IMG/VR virus record: IMGVR_UViG_3300010883_026915
Coordinates: 16,015 to 80,014 of that record
Source: a virus
Reading direction: 5' to 3' (one strand)
Length of the DNA: 64,000 nt
Shown piece by piece: positions 36,278 through 47,534 of the stretch. The translations under genes were made by a program, and so were the position numbers. The notes under the pieces are model-generated. The model was not told the DNA's origin. It worked only from the letters and a program-made list of their open reading frames with translations, and did no database searches. Numbering within the stretch: position 1 is the first letter of the stretch; the number at the start of each line of letters is the position of its first letter.

Positions 36278-39112
36278 ATGATAATAAGAAAGAAATCAAT
36301 AAAAGTTCTAAGTAATTCTAAAAGTATATCATCACTTATAGAAAACATAACAGAAAGACAAATTACTAAATCATCCAAATCTAGATCTATTAATGGGCAG
36401 GCAGTAAATAGCAATACTAAAAAAACAAAAAAAACTAGAGATTTCCATTACTGCATTTTCTTTAATATAGATACAAGGCTTGCAATATCTACAAGTCTTT
36501 CAAAAGTAAATTTTAAAATTTTTAAAAACAAGCAAGAATCTGGATTTAAATATTTATCAAATATGCCAAAGAATAATGGGCTAGGAGTAATTGCAGCAAT
36601 TTTGGGATCGAAGACTGACAGGAAGAGAAAACTATATGAAATCAACAATCTATCAGTTCTAAATGGTGAAATAGATATAACTTCAATAATATTTGAAAAA
36701 AGAATAAATTTTAATAAAAGTCAAGACAAGATTTCAAACAAATCTGCACTTGGAGTTTCAAGATACTCAAAAATTGTCAATGTTGGTAGGCAAAAAAAAT
36801 TAAAAAAAGATTCAAGATTATATCAGATACACTCACCAACCTCAGATTCTAACCTTATTGAGAATTCTACGTTTGGCTCACTCTATCTAAGCTCTTTGGA
36901 ACTTGGAAAAGATTCTGCATCAATGCTGTCTCCAGTTGTAAATACAACTGGTAAAAATTTTGGGTCACTTATAAAGACAATGAATCATAGCAATAACTTC
37001 GAATCTGATAAAGTTAAAAATTCTATAAGGGGCATTGTTGAAAACATTCAAAACATTCAAAATACAGATTTAAATAAAATAGCCAATAATTCAGAAAATG
37101 TTTCAATTATGGCTAAATCTGCAGATAATAAGATTAGTTGTGCTTATAAGCTTATAATTCCAGAAGAGCTTATAGGTAGTAGCACAGATTCATTTATATT
37201 CGAGCTTTCTGTAAGAGATAGTATAACAGGTTTGACTATTCAAAAAATAAATATTCCTATTTTGCATAAAGAAAATATTTCAAACTATTATATTCCAGAT
37301 GAAATTCCAAGAATAAGATTAAACAAGGAGTCAAGAAATAGTAGGACATTTGAATCTTTTTTAAATATTTCTGATACAGATATTGATAAAATATCATCAG
37401 TTAATCTATCAATAAGAAAAATATCTAGAGATCAGAGATTGGGTGATTCATCTTTTACAAAACCTTTTAAGATTGAACAGCCAGACTATATAAAATATCA
37501 AAATCAAAAAGGGTATAAAAATGATAATGGATCTTTTAAAATGAATGGATTTTTGCAAAGTTCTGAAAGTACAATGGTCATTGTTAGGGCTAGTCCTGTA
37601 ACTAGACTTGGTGAAAATATTTCAAACTTTGATAGTGCAGCTATAGTTGGAAGTCAGTTTGATCTTGGGTATGGTTCATACGATGCTGTTGTAACATCTG
37701 GAGGTATACATATAGATTATATGTGTAATTCTCACTCACTTTCAGGAACCACTATTTTAAAAAGACAAATAGGTAATGAATACGCAGAGCTTGGCAAATA
37801 TCCGTCTTCTATATGTAATAATAGTGATATTTATAATAAAGCCTCTCCTAATCATAATGATTTTATTGCGCGTTACGATGATGGTAATTCACTTGGTCTC
37901 GGAGCATCTTCTATAGTTGATCCTTTTACACAAGAGGGTAAAATTGTAGAATATAGAATGCTACTTCACTTAAAAAACGGCGGCAGTAGACTACTTGGAA
38001 AAACTGTAACAGTTCTTGATAAGAGACCTATGAATTATTTAAAAGTTAAAGCTACTGATAGAGAAGTTTTCGCAATGCTAAATAAAAATAGCCCTAGTGA
38101 CACACATGTTGAGGCTAAGAGTAATTCAGTAAGTATTGGAGTAAAGTTTAAAATAGATTTCGATATGGTAAAGACATCTACTGATATGATACTTGACACA
38201 CTTAGATCTATTGGCAATGAAGAAATATTTTCAAAAGATGTTAATAATATCAAGTCAGCTCTTAGCGACATGGTATTGTTTGGTGTAACAAGAGTAAACT
38301 TGTCTAACACTACGTCAGATTTTCTTGGATACTATAGCCAGGGTGAATTTTTAGATGATGGATCAATTGTATCCGGAGTATTATATAGGTACTATATAAG
38401 AGCATATCTTATTAATCCTGAGCTAGTATCTAAAAGCAAGACTATTGCGCAGGCTTATAAAAAAGAAAAATCTCTAAAAATAAGCGAAATTATAATTCCG
38501 AGAAAGCTAAATGAAATACAAAACTCAGCAATGAATAGCAACGAGTCTTTAGCTTCAAATGACGAAATTTCACAAGGTATGTCTGCAAATAGTGCAAATA
38601 TTATTAAGAATAGATTTCAAATGTTAAAAACATATAAAAACTTTTCTGAAAAAGGGTTACTTAAATCTACCCTAGATGATAATATTGCAAGTGATCAAGA
38701 ATATGATATTTCTAAATTTTGTACTGGAGACTACCTCTCATTTGAAGTAGAAAAATCATCATCAAATTTTTCAATTACTTCAAAAAACTCTTCATTTACA
38801 AGATCTTCATCAGGTATACCAGTATTAAGATTTTCAGTAAATACAATCGATGAATTTTCATCAATTTCAAAAATAGACTATTTTGTAATAACATGTAAAC
38901 GACAGGATAATATATCAATTTGCGGAACTTGTCACAATGATATGTCAGGTAAGATTACATTTGTAGATTATATAAACAAAGATTATATAGGGACTGTTGA
39001 ATACTCTGTAGCTATAGTTCTTGTAGACGGATCAATAAAGGCTGGAAATGTACTTGGAAAATTTATACTAAAAAATATGAAACCGGAAAAAATACTAATG
39101 AGTAGCTACTGA
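36278..39112 (+). CDS. Large hypothetical virion protein (possible FN3/Ig-like repeats)
   Basis: Repeated (F/I)xD....G..(Y/V)xYx(I/V/M) strands: IVDPFTQEGKIVEYRM, FLDDGSIVSGVLYRYYI, FVDYINKDYIGTVEYSV. Confidence 0.6.
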   Translation: MIIRKKSIKVLSNSKSISSLIENITERQITKSSKSRSINGQAVNSNTKKTKKTRDFHYCIFFNIDTRLAISTSLSKVNFKIFKNKQESGFKYLSNMPKNNGLGVIAAILGSKTDRKRKLYEINNLSVLNGEIDITSIIFEKRINFNKSQDKISNKSALGVSRYSKIVNVGRQKKLKKDSRLYQIHSPTSDSNLIENSTFGSLYLSSLELGKDSASMLSPVVNTTGKNFGSLIKTMNHSNNFESDKVKNSIRGIVENIQNIQNTDLNKIANNSENVSIMAKSADNKISCAYKLIIPEELIGSSTDSFIFELSVRDSITGLTIQKINIPILHKENISNYYIPDEIPRIRLNKESRNSRTFESFLNISDTDIDKISSVNLSIRKISRDQRLGDSSFTKPFKIEQPDYIKYQNQKGYKNDNGSFKMNGFLQSSESTMVIVRASPVTRLGENISNFDSAAIVGSQFDLGYGSYDAVVTSGGIHIDYMCNSHSLSGTTILKRQIGNEYAELGKYPSSICNNSDIYNKASPNHNDFIARYDDGNSLGLGASSIVDPFTQEGKIVEYRMLLHLKNGGSRLLGKTVTVLDKRPMNYLKVKATDREVFAMLNKNSPSDTHVEAKSNSVSIGVKFKIDFDMVKTSTDMILDTLRSIGNEEIFSKDVNNIKSALSDMVLFGVTRVNLSNTTSDFLGYYSQGEFLDDGSIVSGVLYRYYIRAYLINPELVSKSKTIAQAYKKEKSLKISEIIIPRKLNEIQNSAMNSNESLASNDEISQGMSANSANIIKNRFQMLKTYKNFSEKGLLKSTLDDNIASDQEYDISKFCTGDYLSFEVEKSSSNFSITSKNSSFTRSSSGIPVLRFSVNTIDEFSSISKIDYFVITCKRQDNISICGTCHNDMSGKITFVDYINKDYIGTVEYSVAIVLVDGSIKAGNVLGKFILKNMKPEKILMSSY

Positions 39113-39113
39113 T

Positions 39114-42100
39114 ATGCCTAGAAAAACAACAGAAATACCAATTGAAGTTCATTCTTTGCCAGTTGTTGAAGAACCTGGAGCGATTACTGAAATAAAACCT
39201 TCTTCATATTCCCTGGGATCTAGTATTGTGGTCAGCGGACCAACACTTCCGTGGTCGTCTCCTGAAGATATTGATACTCTACCTCCGGGGGATCCTGTTT
39301 TCACATCAGGCGGCGGTGGTAGCAGTTATGACATGGGAAGTCTTTCAATAGATTTTAATTATGATAGCTTCTATCTAAATCCATCTCTTGAAACCATGCT
39401 AAATAGAAGAGGATTTTCAACACAGCGTGCAGAAATTTTAGGAATGTTTAATTATAAGGCACCGCTTGAATCAGGCGATCCTGCATACGGCCCTGATGCT
39501 AATTATCTAATAACTCCATATGGTGAACTATTCGACTATCAGTGTCAACTAAAGCAATTACGATATAATGATGCAATGTATTTTTTAACTACTCTTTTAG
39601 GGTTTGATTTATCACCGCAAACTCTTGGTTATATTTTAACTCCTGGATCTAGCCCAGGGCTATTTGCTAATCAAGAAGATCAGGAGATGTACTTACAAGA
39701 ATATCAAAATGAAATGTCTCTTGCAAAAGATGTTCTTGATTATTTAAGAATTATATACAATGCTGTTACAGAATTTATAAATGCACAGCAAATAATATAT
39801 GATACACACAGAATATTTTATCCAAGCGAAGATCTTAGTGCAGGCTACAGCAGCGGCGAGCTTGGAGATAGTTATCTTAATGTCTCAAATAACTTACCAT
39901 CTGTTAGTTTTGATTACAATGGTAGTCATCTGACTGGCAAACTTCCTAATATTTTTATATCTGCAGAATATCAAGGTATGAGAGATTTTTTTGAAGATTT
40001 TGGACTTGGTTACTCATGGGCTAGACATGCATCTTGTACAACACAAGTTGCTCAAATAGCAAGAATTGCTCTTTCTTCTGTAGCAGTAGAGAATTTTAAA
40101 GTACCTGGTTCTTCTTGGACACCGATCGAGACAATGTCTGATAGATTTTCTGAAAACTGGTATTCTAATAAGATAGCGGGTATTGGGTGGTACCGCGATT
40201 CAACAAATTCAGCATACGAAAAAAATGCTTTTAATGTAAGGCGAGCTAAAAGTGACGGTACAAAGATTAATTTTTGGAATATGTGCTCTGACGGTGAAGT
40301 AAGGCCGCTAGACTCTGGAGACTCTAATCGGATGAGTGAGTTGTTGGACACTTTTTCCCGAGGTGAGGCTTCATCACCTGAAGATTCACAAAGATCAAAT
40401 TTGTTATATGCATCAACAATCGACTATATACAGGGCATCTATATTAGCAGCCTAAGAGATGCTGGTCAGACACTTGGACAGTTTCCAGTAGCTTCATTGC
40501 ACCAGAATAGTATTGTAAAGAGTCTTGTAAATAAGCACTTTGGAACTGAAGCAAGTAATTTTACAGGTACCCATGGACTATTAGATAATCTACCTAGAAA
40601 TCCAAATTGCTTAATTAGATCAATTGTTGGAAAAAATAGAGATCCAGCAATAAATGATAATAGAGATGCAATTGAAAACTATACATCTTCAAACTATAAT
40701 CTTGCAAAAACAGTAACATTATCAAGAAATGGAAGATCATATTATTGCGATGAAGTTACAACAGTAGAGGTAGACGAAGTTCAGGAAAGGCTAGTAGCTT
40801 TAATGGATAGTCTAAGAATGGGCGGAGAAACACTTGGAGATTTCGCACGACTCACATGTATAGAGGGTACAGCAAGTATAAATGTAATTGATGGAGATTC
40901 ATCCACAACACTTGATATAGAGGACATTTCGCAACCAGCATACGAGTCTGGTACTGACTCTGGTTTTATCCAGCCAAGCTCTATTATGCACTTTATAGCG
41001 TTAGCTATTCAAAGAATAACCAGTGCCCATCTCGATCATAATGAGGCTGATCTCGGCGCTGACACATCATCTAATGTCGCAGTCACAACCCTATCTGGTT
41101 TCACTCCAATGCTTATTACAACATTGGCAATGGAAAGTAAGAAAATCAAAGCAAGCCTTCTCGGACTTTTAATTGCAAGGTGGAATTGGTATTATAAAGT
41201 TGGCGGCGAAGCTGGCGATCGTGATGAAGACTTGAAAAATTTGCAAGATGTCGCAAGGACACTTATGAACCAGGTCGTACATGCTGTCTATAATGATTTT
41301 TATGATCATATAGCATGGACCGTTTCCGATGACCCAGACATGGCCGGTGAAGAGAGAGTCAGTGCCTTTGACTCAGGTCGTGTTCGTCACCCAATGTGTA
41401 AATGGGGATATGCAACATCAGCTGATGATAAGAAGATAACGCAGACGAATTTTAAATACAAGCTAAATTCAGGCTGGTCAGTATATCCAAGAGGATCTAT
41501 TGGTGTGGTAGTGACCCTCGAATCCAGTGAGAGCACCGACTGGTCCAAAGCGGCGTTTAAAGATTACATCGATTTTTCTAAGTTTGGTCCACAGATTGAG
41601 TATGCACTATTTGGTAATCAGGAAGACGGAAGGTGTACAGTTCTTGAGTCTAAAAGCTGGGGCGACGATATTGATCACCTATTTTTTGATGCACCACTTA
41701 TTGCTGTTAGGGATTTTGAGACGATGGTATGTGATGCAGCAGGTGTTAGTAGGGATACTGAATATACATCTAGAAATCATTCATCTCAATCAAGGATAAT
41801 TGCTGCATTTAATTCTTGTTGCAACATATGGCATAATGGATTGAGAATGGGATTTGCTTCTAGCACAACTTCAGGCAGTAGCCACGTAATCGACACCGAA
41901 GTCCTAACAGCTGGTGGTCCCGCTCCAGAGACAGGGCTTTCAGGCCACTTCAAAAAAGTCTGGCTAGCATATAATGAAAGGGCACTTTTTAGCATGTACA
42001 ATGCATGTCAAAATTTTACAAAACATTTTCCACCATGTTATGGAGCAAGCTACTCAGACTTTCAAGTTACTGATATTAAAAATGATCCCTGGGATGTAGA

Positions 42101-43496
42101 TGGAGAATATATTCTTGATAGAGAAGAGTTTCAAGCAGACGATTCCAGAGAGTTCTCTCCACCGTCTGTAAGAGGATATGACTATGATATACGTAAAATT
42201 TATTCTGCAATCAGTGATGATTACTGTGCAATGGTGATGAAGGAAAGAACATCACATAGTCTTATGCTATTTACTGCAAAGTTATTTGATAGGCTAAGTG
42301 CAGCAGCAGGAAATCTTTATGATACAATTGTTGGAACATCAATCGAGCAGGATACATATCAATCTGCTCTAGAAAATATATTTGCAGATGAAAGGTTTCA
42401 AAGTTCAACAATGCTATCAATATCAAGAGACCAGCTTTGTACAAATTGGGCATTATACGATTCTCTTAGCGTTCCAAATAGAGAGTATCCGTATGTCCCA
42501 GCAACAAAAATAGCAACAACTAATCAGTCAATAAATCTTGCCGGATTTGTGAAAGATGAACGGCTTCTAAATACATCTGATATGAGAAGAAGATATATTA
42601 TGCCAATAGGTATTACAGCTGGTTTAATTGAAGCACTACGATATAGAATGATGGATGAGACTGGAGATCTTAGCTATAGATTTTCAAACTTGATAGAAGT
42701 ATCTGTTTTTAAAAGAGATCTTCTTGATGAATCAAAGCTCTATTATCCAAAAAGGTTTCCATTTGATACTTCAAAATATATAATTACAGGCAGACCAAAT
42801 CCAACATCAGTGGGAGATGATCTAGACGGTGATTCACAAACAGCAAGTCCGCAAGACTATGCTCGCGTTAGAGAGAGTATGGTCTATAGGACATATACTC
42901 CTGATGGCAATATAGAGACTTTGGTAGGAACTAGTTACCCAACACTATGGAAAACTGCGGATGAATCTATCAGTAGCGGCGATGTTGACAAAAACCACGC
43001 CATGGATCATCAGCTTAAAACACTTATGAAGTTAACAACGGGTTTTGATCTTTCTGAGGATGTATTTCCCTTTCTTGAGAATTTTGTATTTTTTGATGAG
43101 CCTGATGATAATAGACAGGATATATACGAGTCATTAGTAGACACAGCTCAGGTTTCATTTACAGATAATGATCTTGAAACAGCACTAAATTATGATAGAC
43201 TTATAGGGGAAATAAAACGGTCAATAATTGTAAGCCCTAAGAAGTATAGAAATAGAATAGTATATCCAAAAGTATTTGCAAGAACATTTTGTATTTTTAT
43301 AGATCCTAATGAGTTTGAAGTTATGCCTGATAAGGAAGATGAAGACTCAGATGCAACTTTTACTGTCCTAGATGGCACGATATCTGATGAATATACACAA
43401 TATTATGTTACAATTAAGCTTCTTCCTGACTTTACTTCCCCAGGAGCGTACACAGAGTATTCGTATTCTGTATTCACCGCCACTGAGGCAGAATAA
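39114..43496 (+). CDS. Very large hypothetical virion protein (1460 aa, acidic)
   Basis: Long uninterrupted ORF coupled to its neighbours in the structural operon. Confidence 0.65.
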   Translation: MPRKTTEIPIEVHSLPVVEEPGAITEIKPSSYSLGSSIVVSGPTLPWSSPEDIDTLPPGDPVFTSGGGGSSYDMGSLSIDFNYDSFYLNPSLETMLNRRGFSTQRAEILGMFNYKAPLESGDPAYGPDANYLITPYGELFDYQCQLKQLRYNDAMYFLTTLLGFDLSPQTLGYILTPGSSPGLFANQEDQEMYLQEYQNEMSLAKDVLDYLRIIYNAVTEFINAQQIIYDTHRIFYPSEDLSAGYSSGELGDSYLNVSNNLPSVSFDYNGSHLTGKLPNIFISAEYQGMRDFFEDFGLGYSWARHASCTTQVAQIARIALSSVAVENFKVPGSSWTPIETMSDRFSENWYSNKIAGIGWYRDSTNSAYEKNAFNVRRAKSDGTKINFWNMCSDGEVRPLDSGDSNRMSELLDTFSRGEASSPEDSQRSNLLYASTIDYIQGIYISSLRDAGQTLGQFPVASLHQNSIVKSLVNKHFGTEASNFTGTHGLLDNLPRNPNCLIRSIVGKNRDPAINDNRDAIENYTSSNYNLAKTVTLSRNGRSYYCDEVTTVEVDEVQERLVALMDSLRMGGETLGDFARLTCIEGTASINVIDGDSSTTLDIEDISQPAYESGTDSGFIQPSSIMHFIALAIQRITSAHLDHNEADLGADTSSNVAVTTLSGFTPMLITTLAMESKKIKASLLGLLIARWNWYYKVGGEAGDRDEDLKNLQDVARTLMNQVVHAVYNDFYDHIAWTVSDDPDMAGEERVSAFDSGRVRHPMCKWGYATSADDKKITQTNFKYKLNSGWSVYPRGSIGVVVTLESSESTDWSKAAFKDYIDFSKFGPQIEYALFGNQEDGRCTVLESKSWGDDIDHLFFDAPLIAVRDFETMVCDAAGVSRDTEYTSRNHSSQSRIIAAFNSCCNIWHNGLRMGFASSTTSGSSHVIDTEVLTAGGPAPETGLSGHFKKVWLAYNERALFSMYNACQNFTKHFPPCYGASYSDFQVTDIKNDPWDVDGEYILDREEFQADDSREFSPPSVRGYDYDIRKIYSAISDDYCAMVMKERTSHSLMLFTAKLFDRLSAAAGNLYDTIVGTSIEQDTYQSALENIFADERFQSSTMLSISRDQLCTNWALYDSLSVPNREYPYVPATKIATTNQSINLAGFVKDERLLNTSDMRRRYIMPIGITAGLIEALRYRMMDETGDLSYRFSNLIEVSVFKRDLLDESKLYYPKRFPFDTSKYIITGRPNPTSVGDDLDGDSQTASPQDYARVRESMVYRTYTPDGNIETLVGTSYPTLWKTADESISSGDVDKNHAMDHQLKTLMKLTTGFDLSEDVFPFLENFVFFDEPDDNRQDIYESLVDTAQVSFTDNDLETALNYDRLIGEIKRSIIVSPKKYRNRIVYPKVFARTFCIFIDPNEFEVMPDKEDEDSDATFTVLDGTISDEYTQYYVTIKLLPDFTSPGAYTEYSYSVFTATEAE

Positions 43497-45481
43497 TGAC
43501 AACAGCAGAAACATTTTATGAGCTATTGCAGGATGAGCTAGGCCTCACAGAGACAAATCAATACCCATCAGCACCTGTGACAACAGTTGATCTAAGAGAG
43601 CCCATAAGTGTATCATCAGATTTTTTTTATAATTACTATACACGAGATGAAAGAACAGCAGATCCTGATACAAGTGGTATAATTGATATATCACCTGAAT
43701 CTGAATCTCTTGAGATAGCAAAGAAGCGTCAAAAAGCGCCGAGATCAGCTATAATAAATATCAAAGTTCCAGCAAAGTTGCCCCCGGATAGTTCATATGT
43801 AGATGTTCAGGCAAGAAAGTTTATTATTGAAAATTATATAACTAGATTTCCAAAAAAGATAGTCTTTGAAGGTGCTGTTGCAAATACAAGATTTTCTTCT
43901 ATAATACTTCAAGATAATCAAATAGACGATACATTTTATAAGACTCTTAGTCAATCTGTTGCATTTAAAGAATCATACTCAAAAACATCAACAGCTAGTG
44001 AACTAGGAAATGTTCTTGATAGATACTTTACATCACCTATGGCATATGCTAGTGCGACGCCATCTACAATAAGAAAAGTTATGTCAAACTATCAGCCAGC
44101 AGGTGTTGCATATGCACCGACAGATGCTAGGCGAGAAGTTATAGCTGAAGCTCTTAGGGACGTAAGGTTTGTAGAATATAATTTTACTATAAACAATGCA
44201 ATTGCTCATAATGTAATACTAGGGGGTCTTGAAGATAGAGGAAATATTTATCAAGATGAACTAATAGGTGTTGAAGATGATGCAAAAGATGTTCAAAGAT
44301 TTTTTCTTTCAACGATAAATCCGGCAATAATAGATGGATCAGAATTTGAGCTTGAACTAGCTGCTATGACAGTAGAGACGAAAGGAGATATTGAATCTGC
44401 TGGATTATCTGTTGACGAAAGCTCAGTTCCTATTGGGTTGTACATCGAGAAGCACGAAATTCAGACTATGGGAGACGGATCATTTAAAACTACAAGATGT
44501 GACCCAATAGTTATTAAAGACTATGGAAACTTTAATATTTTCGACAGTCGGATAAGATACGGAGCTACTTATATATACAGGGTTAGAATTATATACTGCA
44601 CTGTTTATGAAGCTACTGCAATAGATCCAGAATCAATTACTGAATCAGAGATAGTATTTGCAACATCTATGGTTGCATCTCAAGGTATAAAAACACAAGT
44701 TATGTGTGTAGAAAATATACCGCCTGATCCTCCTAGAAATTTAAGATTTAATTATGACTTTTTTGATAATAGTCTTGACATATTTTGGGAAGAACCGACA
44801 AATCCTCAGAGAGACGTTGTAAGATATCAAATATTTAAAAGAGGATCACTTGATGTTCCATTTACACTTGTAAGAGAGCTAGATTTTGACAAATCTACAA
44901 GTAAGGTTGTACCTCTAGAGAAAGCTCCAAAGAGTAAACTAACCAAAGTGTCAGGACCAAGAAAATTTCTTAAAGATAGAACGTTCAAGAGAGAAACACC
45001 AGAAATTTATGCACTTGCCTGTGTAGATGCAAGAGGTTTAACATCATTGTACTCAGAGCAAATATTAGTTTCTTTTGATAGATATAAAAATAAAATAGAG
45101 CGTGAAAGAATTTCACCTCCAAAAGCACCAAAGCCATACCCTAATCTATATTTGAATCGTGATTTGTTCGTAGATACAATGAGATCTTCAGATGCATCAA
45201 GAATGAGAATATATTTTGATCCAGAATATTTCGATGTTCAGCAAAGTACGATGTATGAAGCAACTATAACTACATATGACGAAAAGACAGGCGCAGCCAT
45301 ACATTCTACAAAAGAATACACAGGGACATCATCTCTAGAGCTTATAAAAGCTAAATATAAGTTGCAGCTTATAAATGTAGATTTGCAAGATGCAAATATT
45401 TTTGATATAAATATTAACAACCTTACATTTGATATAACTGAGATTCCAGTAACTAGTGCAACAATTAAAACTGTATTTTAA
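43496..45481 (+). CDS. Virion protein with fibronectin type III-like domain
   Basis: IFDSRIRYGATYIYRV and PPDPPRNLRFNY...LDIFWEEP...VVRYQIFKR...YALACVDARG. Confidence 0.65.
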   Translation: MTTAETFYELLQDELGLTETNQYPSAPVTTVDLREPISVSSDFFYNYYTRDERTADPDTSGIIDISPESESLEIAKKRQKAPRSAIINIKVPAKLPPDSSYVDVQARKFIIENYITRFPKKIVFEGAVANTRFSSIILQDNQIDDTFYKTLSQSVAFKESYSKTSTASELGNVLDRYFTSPMAYASATPSTIRKVMSNYQPAGVAYAPTDARREVIAEALRDVRFVEYNFTINNAIAHNVILGGLEDRGNIYQDELIGVEDDAKDVQRFFLSTINPAIIDGSEFELELAAMTVETKGDIESAGLSVDESSVPIGLYIEKHEIQTMGDGSFKTTRCDPIVIKDYGNFNIFDSRIRYGATYIYRVRIIYCTVYEATAIDPESITESEIVFATSMVASQGIKTQVMCVENIPPDPPRNLRFNYDFFDNSLDIFWEEPTNPQRDVVRYQIFKRGSLDVPFTLVRELDFDKSTSKVVPLEKAPKSKLTKVSGPRKFLKDRTFKRETPEIYALACVDARGLTSLYSEQILVSFDRYKNKIERERISPPKAPKPYPNLYLNRDLFVDTMRSSDASRMRIYFDPEYFDVQQSTMYEATITTYDEKTGAAIHSTKEYTGTSSLELIKAKYKLQLINVDLQDANIFDININNLTFDITEIPVTSATIKTVF

Positions 45482-45553
45482 AATATAACTAATCATATTT
45501 TATATTTACAGAAGCTTATAAGCGTAATATATAATCAATAAGGAGTTTTTAAA

Positions 45554-46270
45554 TTGGGATTTTTAGATCATTCAACAAACAATGTTATTATCGATGCAGT
45601 ATTAACAGATCAGGGTAGAAAGCTCTTAGCTGGTGGACTTGGAAATTTTACAATTTCAAAGTTTGCATTTGCAGACGACGAAGTCGATTATACTATAATA
45701 AAAAAATTCGGAAGAACAGTAGGCAGGGAGAAGATTGAGAAAAATACTCCTGTCCTTGAGGCTCCTACAAGTGGATATCTTGGCTTAAAGTTTAAAAATA
45801 CTAGCTTTAACAATAATTCAATGATTAGGTTGCCAACACTAACCATATCAAAAGGTATAGATGCATCTGGTGCTGCTTCTGTAACAAGAAGTAGAACTTC
45901 ATCACAAATTGATACATCAATTTCAATTACTGCAGAGCAGAAGTTAATCACAGGCGGAGTTGCAGATCATGATGTAACAAACTATTCATATCAGATAACT
46001 TTAGATCATTTATTTTTAAGAGTACAAGGGTATACGCCTGACTACGTCGATGCTTATAATAATGCAACGTATACTATAAGAGCAGCAAACTCTCTTTCTA
46101 ATCAAAGATGCTCAAGTGTAACATTTTCTCTGGTTCCAAATCTACTCAATGATATAACATTTCGCCAGTACTCATATACAACCCAGGGTACATCAATTGT
46201 AACAAGACCGGTTTCTGTTACTGGGTTAAATGATGGACAATCTGTATCATTTAACATAAACATTTACTAA
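45554..46270 (+). CDS. Virion protein with tail-collar-like N-terminus
   Basis: IIDAVLTDQGRKLLA...FTISKFAFADDEVDY; AAGGAG RBS before a TTG start. Confidence 0.65.
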   Translation: MGFLDHSTNNVIIDAVLTDQGRKLLAGGLGNFTISKFAFADDEVDYTIIKKFGRTVGREKIEKNTPVLEAPTSGYLGLKFKNTSFNNNSMIRLPTLTISKGIDASGAASVTRSRTSSQIDTSISITAEQKLITGGVADHDVTNYSYQITLDHLFLRVQGYTPDYVDAYNNATYTIRAANSLSNQRCSSVTFSLVPNLLNDITFRQYSYTTQGTSIVTRPVSVTGLNDGQSVSFNINIY

Positions 46271-46284
46271 AATAGGAATTTAAG

Positions 46285-47520
46285 GTGGCAGTATTTAAAC
46301 AAATAGGACCAGGTGATATATCTACAGCCCAGTCTTTTCTAACACAATTAGTAGATGTAATTGCGTCCGATGTTTCTGGATCTACAACCTGCAGGAAGTA
46401 TCAAGTATTTGTGACTGGTGCAAACGGTCGAGGCGCAGGAGTTACCTCATCTTTGTTTCAAACAGTTTGTGATCAAGATTATACGCTACAAACTTCTAAT
46501 GAGATATTAGATATGACAGTAGGGCTTAGAGACGATTCATTGCTGGTCAAATCAGCTTCAACGGGAAAAGATACTGCTGGCAAAAAGCTTTTCCCATCTG
46601 AATCTTTGATGATGAGGGAAAAAATATCAATCTATAGTCAGTATTCTCTTCTATTACTCGGCGCGTCAGGATCTGCTTTTAAATCACCTCAGAATTCAAC
46701 TCTAGAGTCTGACAAGATTGATAATGCAATGTTTATAAGCTTTAAGCGACTATTTTCTAGAGATTCTATTAAGGAAAATAGTTTTGCACTTGAAGTTGCA
46801 TCAAGCGGATGTAAATCAGAAGGCTCTTCAGGAGCAGACTCCCGACCAAACATTAATAGAACATCAAACTCAGGTACTATGTTTAATGTATATACTGATG
46901 CAGGGTTATCGACATCAACATTGGTCAAATTTGGAGGTACATGCAGTGATATTGTCAATGCTACAAATACTGCTGAGAAAGTTGGAAATATATTCTACCA
47001 GCACGGAATAGTAGTTCTCGATATTGAAAAAGTTTTTTCAGGTAGTCAGAAGATATCAGGAACAATTGATGCTGTGACTTCTGAAGGTAATGGTAAAGTC
47101 GTCTTAGGTGCTTTGAACACGCCTGGCTCAAATAAGCAGGCAAAGCTTGTTCCAGATCTAATGGTTTCAGGATCTATAGATGATATCTTAGATTTTTACA
47201 GGACTACTAGATTTAAGTCAGGCTCTCAGACTTGTTATACCTTTATGAATCGTACAAATATTAATTCAACACTTATATGGTGTAGGGCAACAGCAGATGA
47301 ATTTAACTATTCTTCAAATCCTACTTATGTAGATCCATCAACGAATAGAATAAATGTCATAGAAGTAGGGCAAGAAAACTTTCAAAGTGCTTTTTCATAT
47401 ATAACAACCGTCGGCTTGTATGATCCAAATGATAATTTAGTTGCAATTGCAAAAATGTCTAGGCCGATTGCGAAAAACAATGAGAAGGATATTACCATTA
47501 GGGTAAGGCTCGACTTCTAG
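46285..47520 (+). CDS. Virion tail/baseplate protein
   Basis: VGNIFYQHGIVV, EFNYSSNPTY, YITTVGLYDPNDNLVAIAKMSRPIAK...IRVRLDF. Confidence 0.65.
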   Translation: MAVFKQIGPGDISTAQSFLTQLVDVIASDVSGSTTCRKYQVFVTGANGRGAGVTSSLFQTVCDQDYTLQTSNEILDMTVGLRDDSLLVKSASTGKDTAGKKLFPSESLMMREKISIYSQYSLLLLGASGSAFKSPQNSTLESDKIDNAMFISFKRLFSRDSIKENSFALEVASSGCKSEGSSGADSRPNINRTSNSGTMFNVYTDAGLSTSTLVKFGGTCSDIVNATNTAEKVGNIFYQHGIVVLDIEKVFSGSQKISGTIDAVTSEGNGKVVLGALNTPGSNKQAKLVPDLMVSGSIDDILDFYRTTRFKSGSQTCYTFMNRTNINSTLIWCRATADEFNYSSNPTYVDPSTNRINVIEVGQENFQSAFSYITTVGLYDPNDNLVAIAKMSRPIAKNNEKDITIRVRLDF

Positions 47521-47534
47521 AAAAGGGCTCAATA

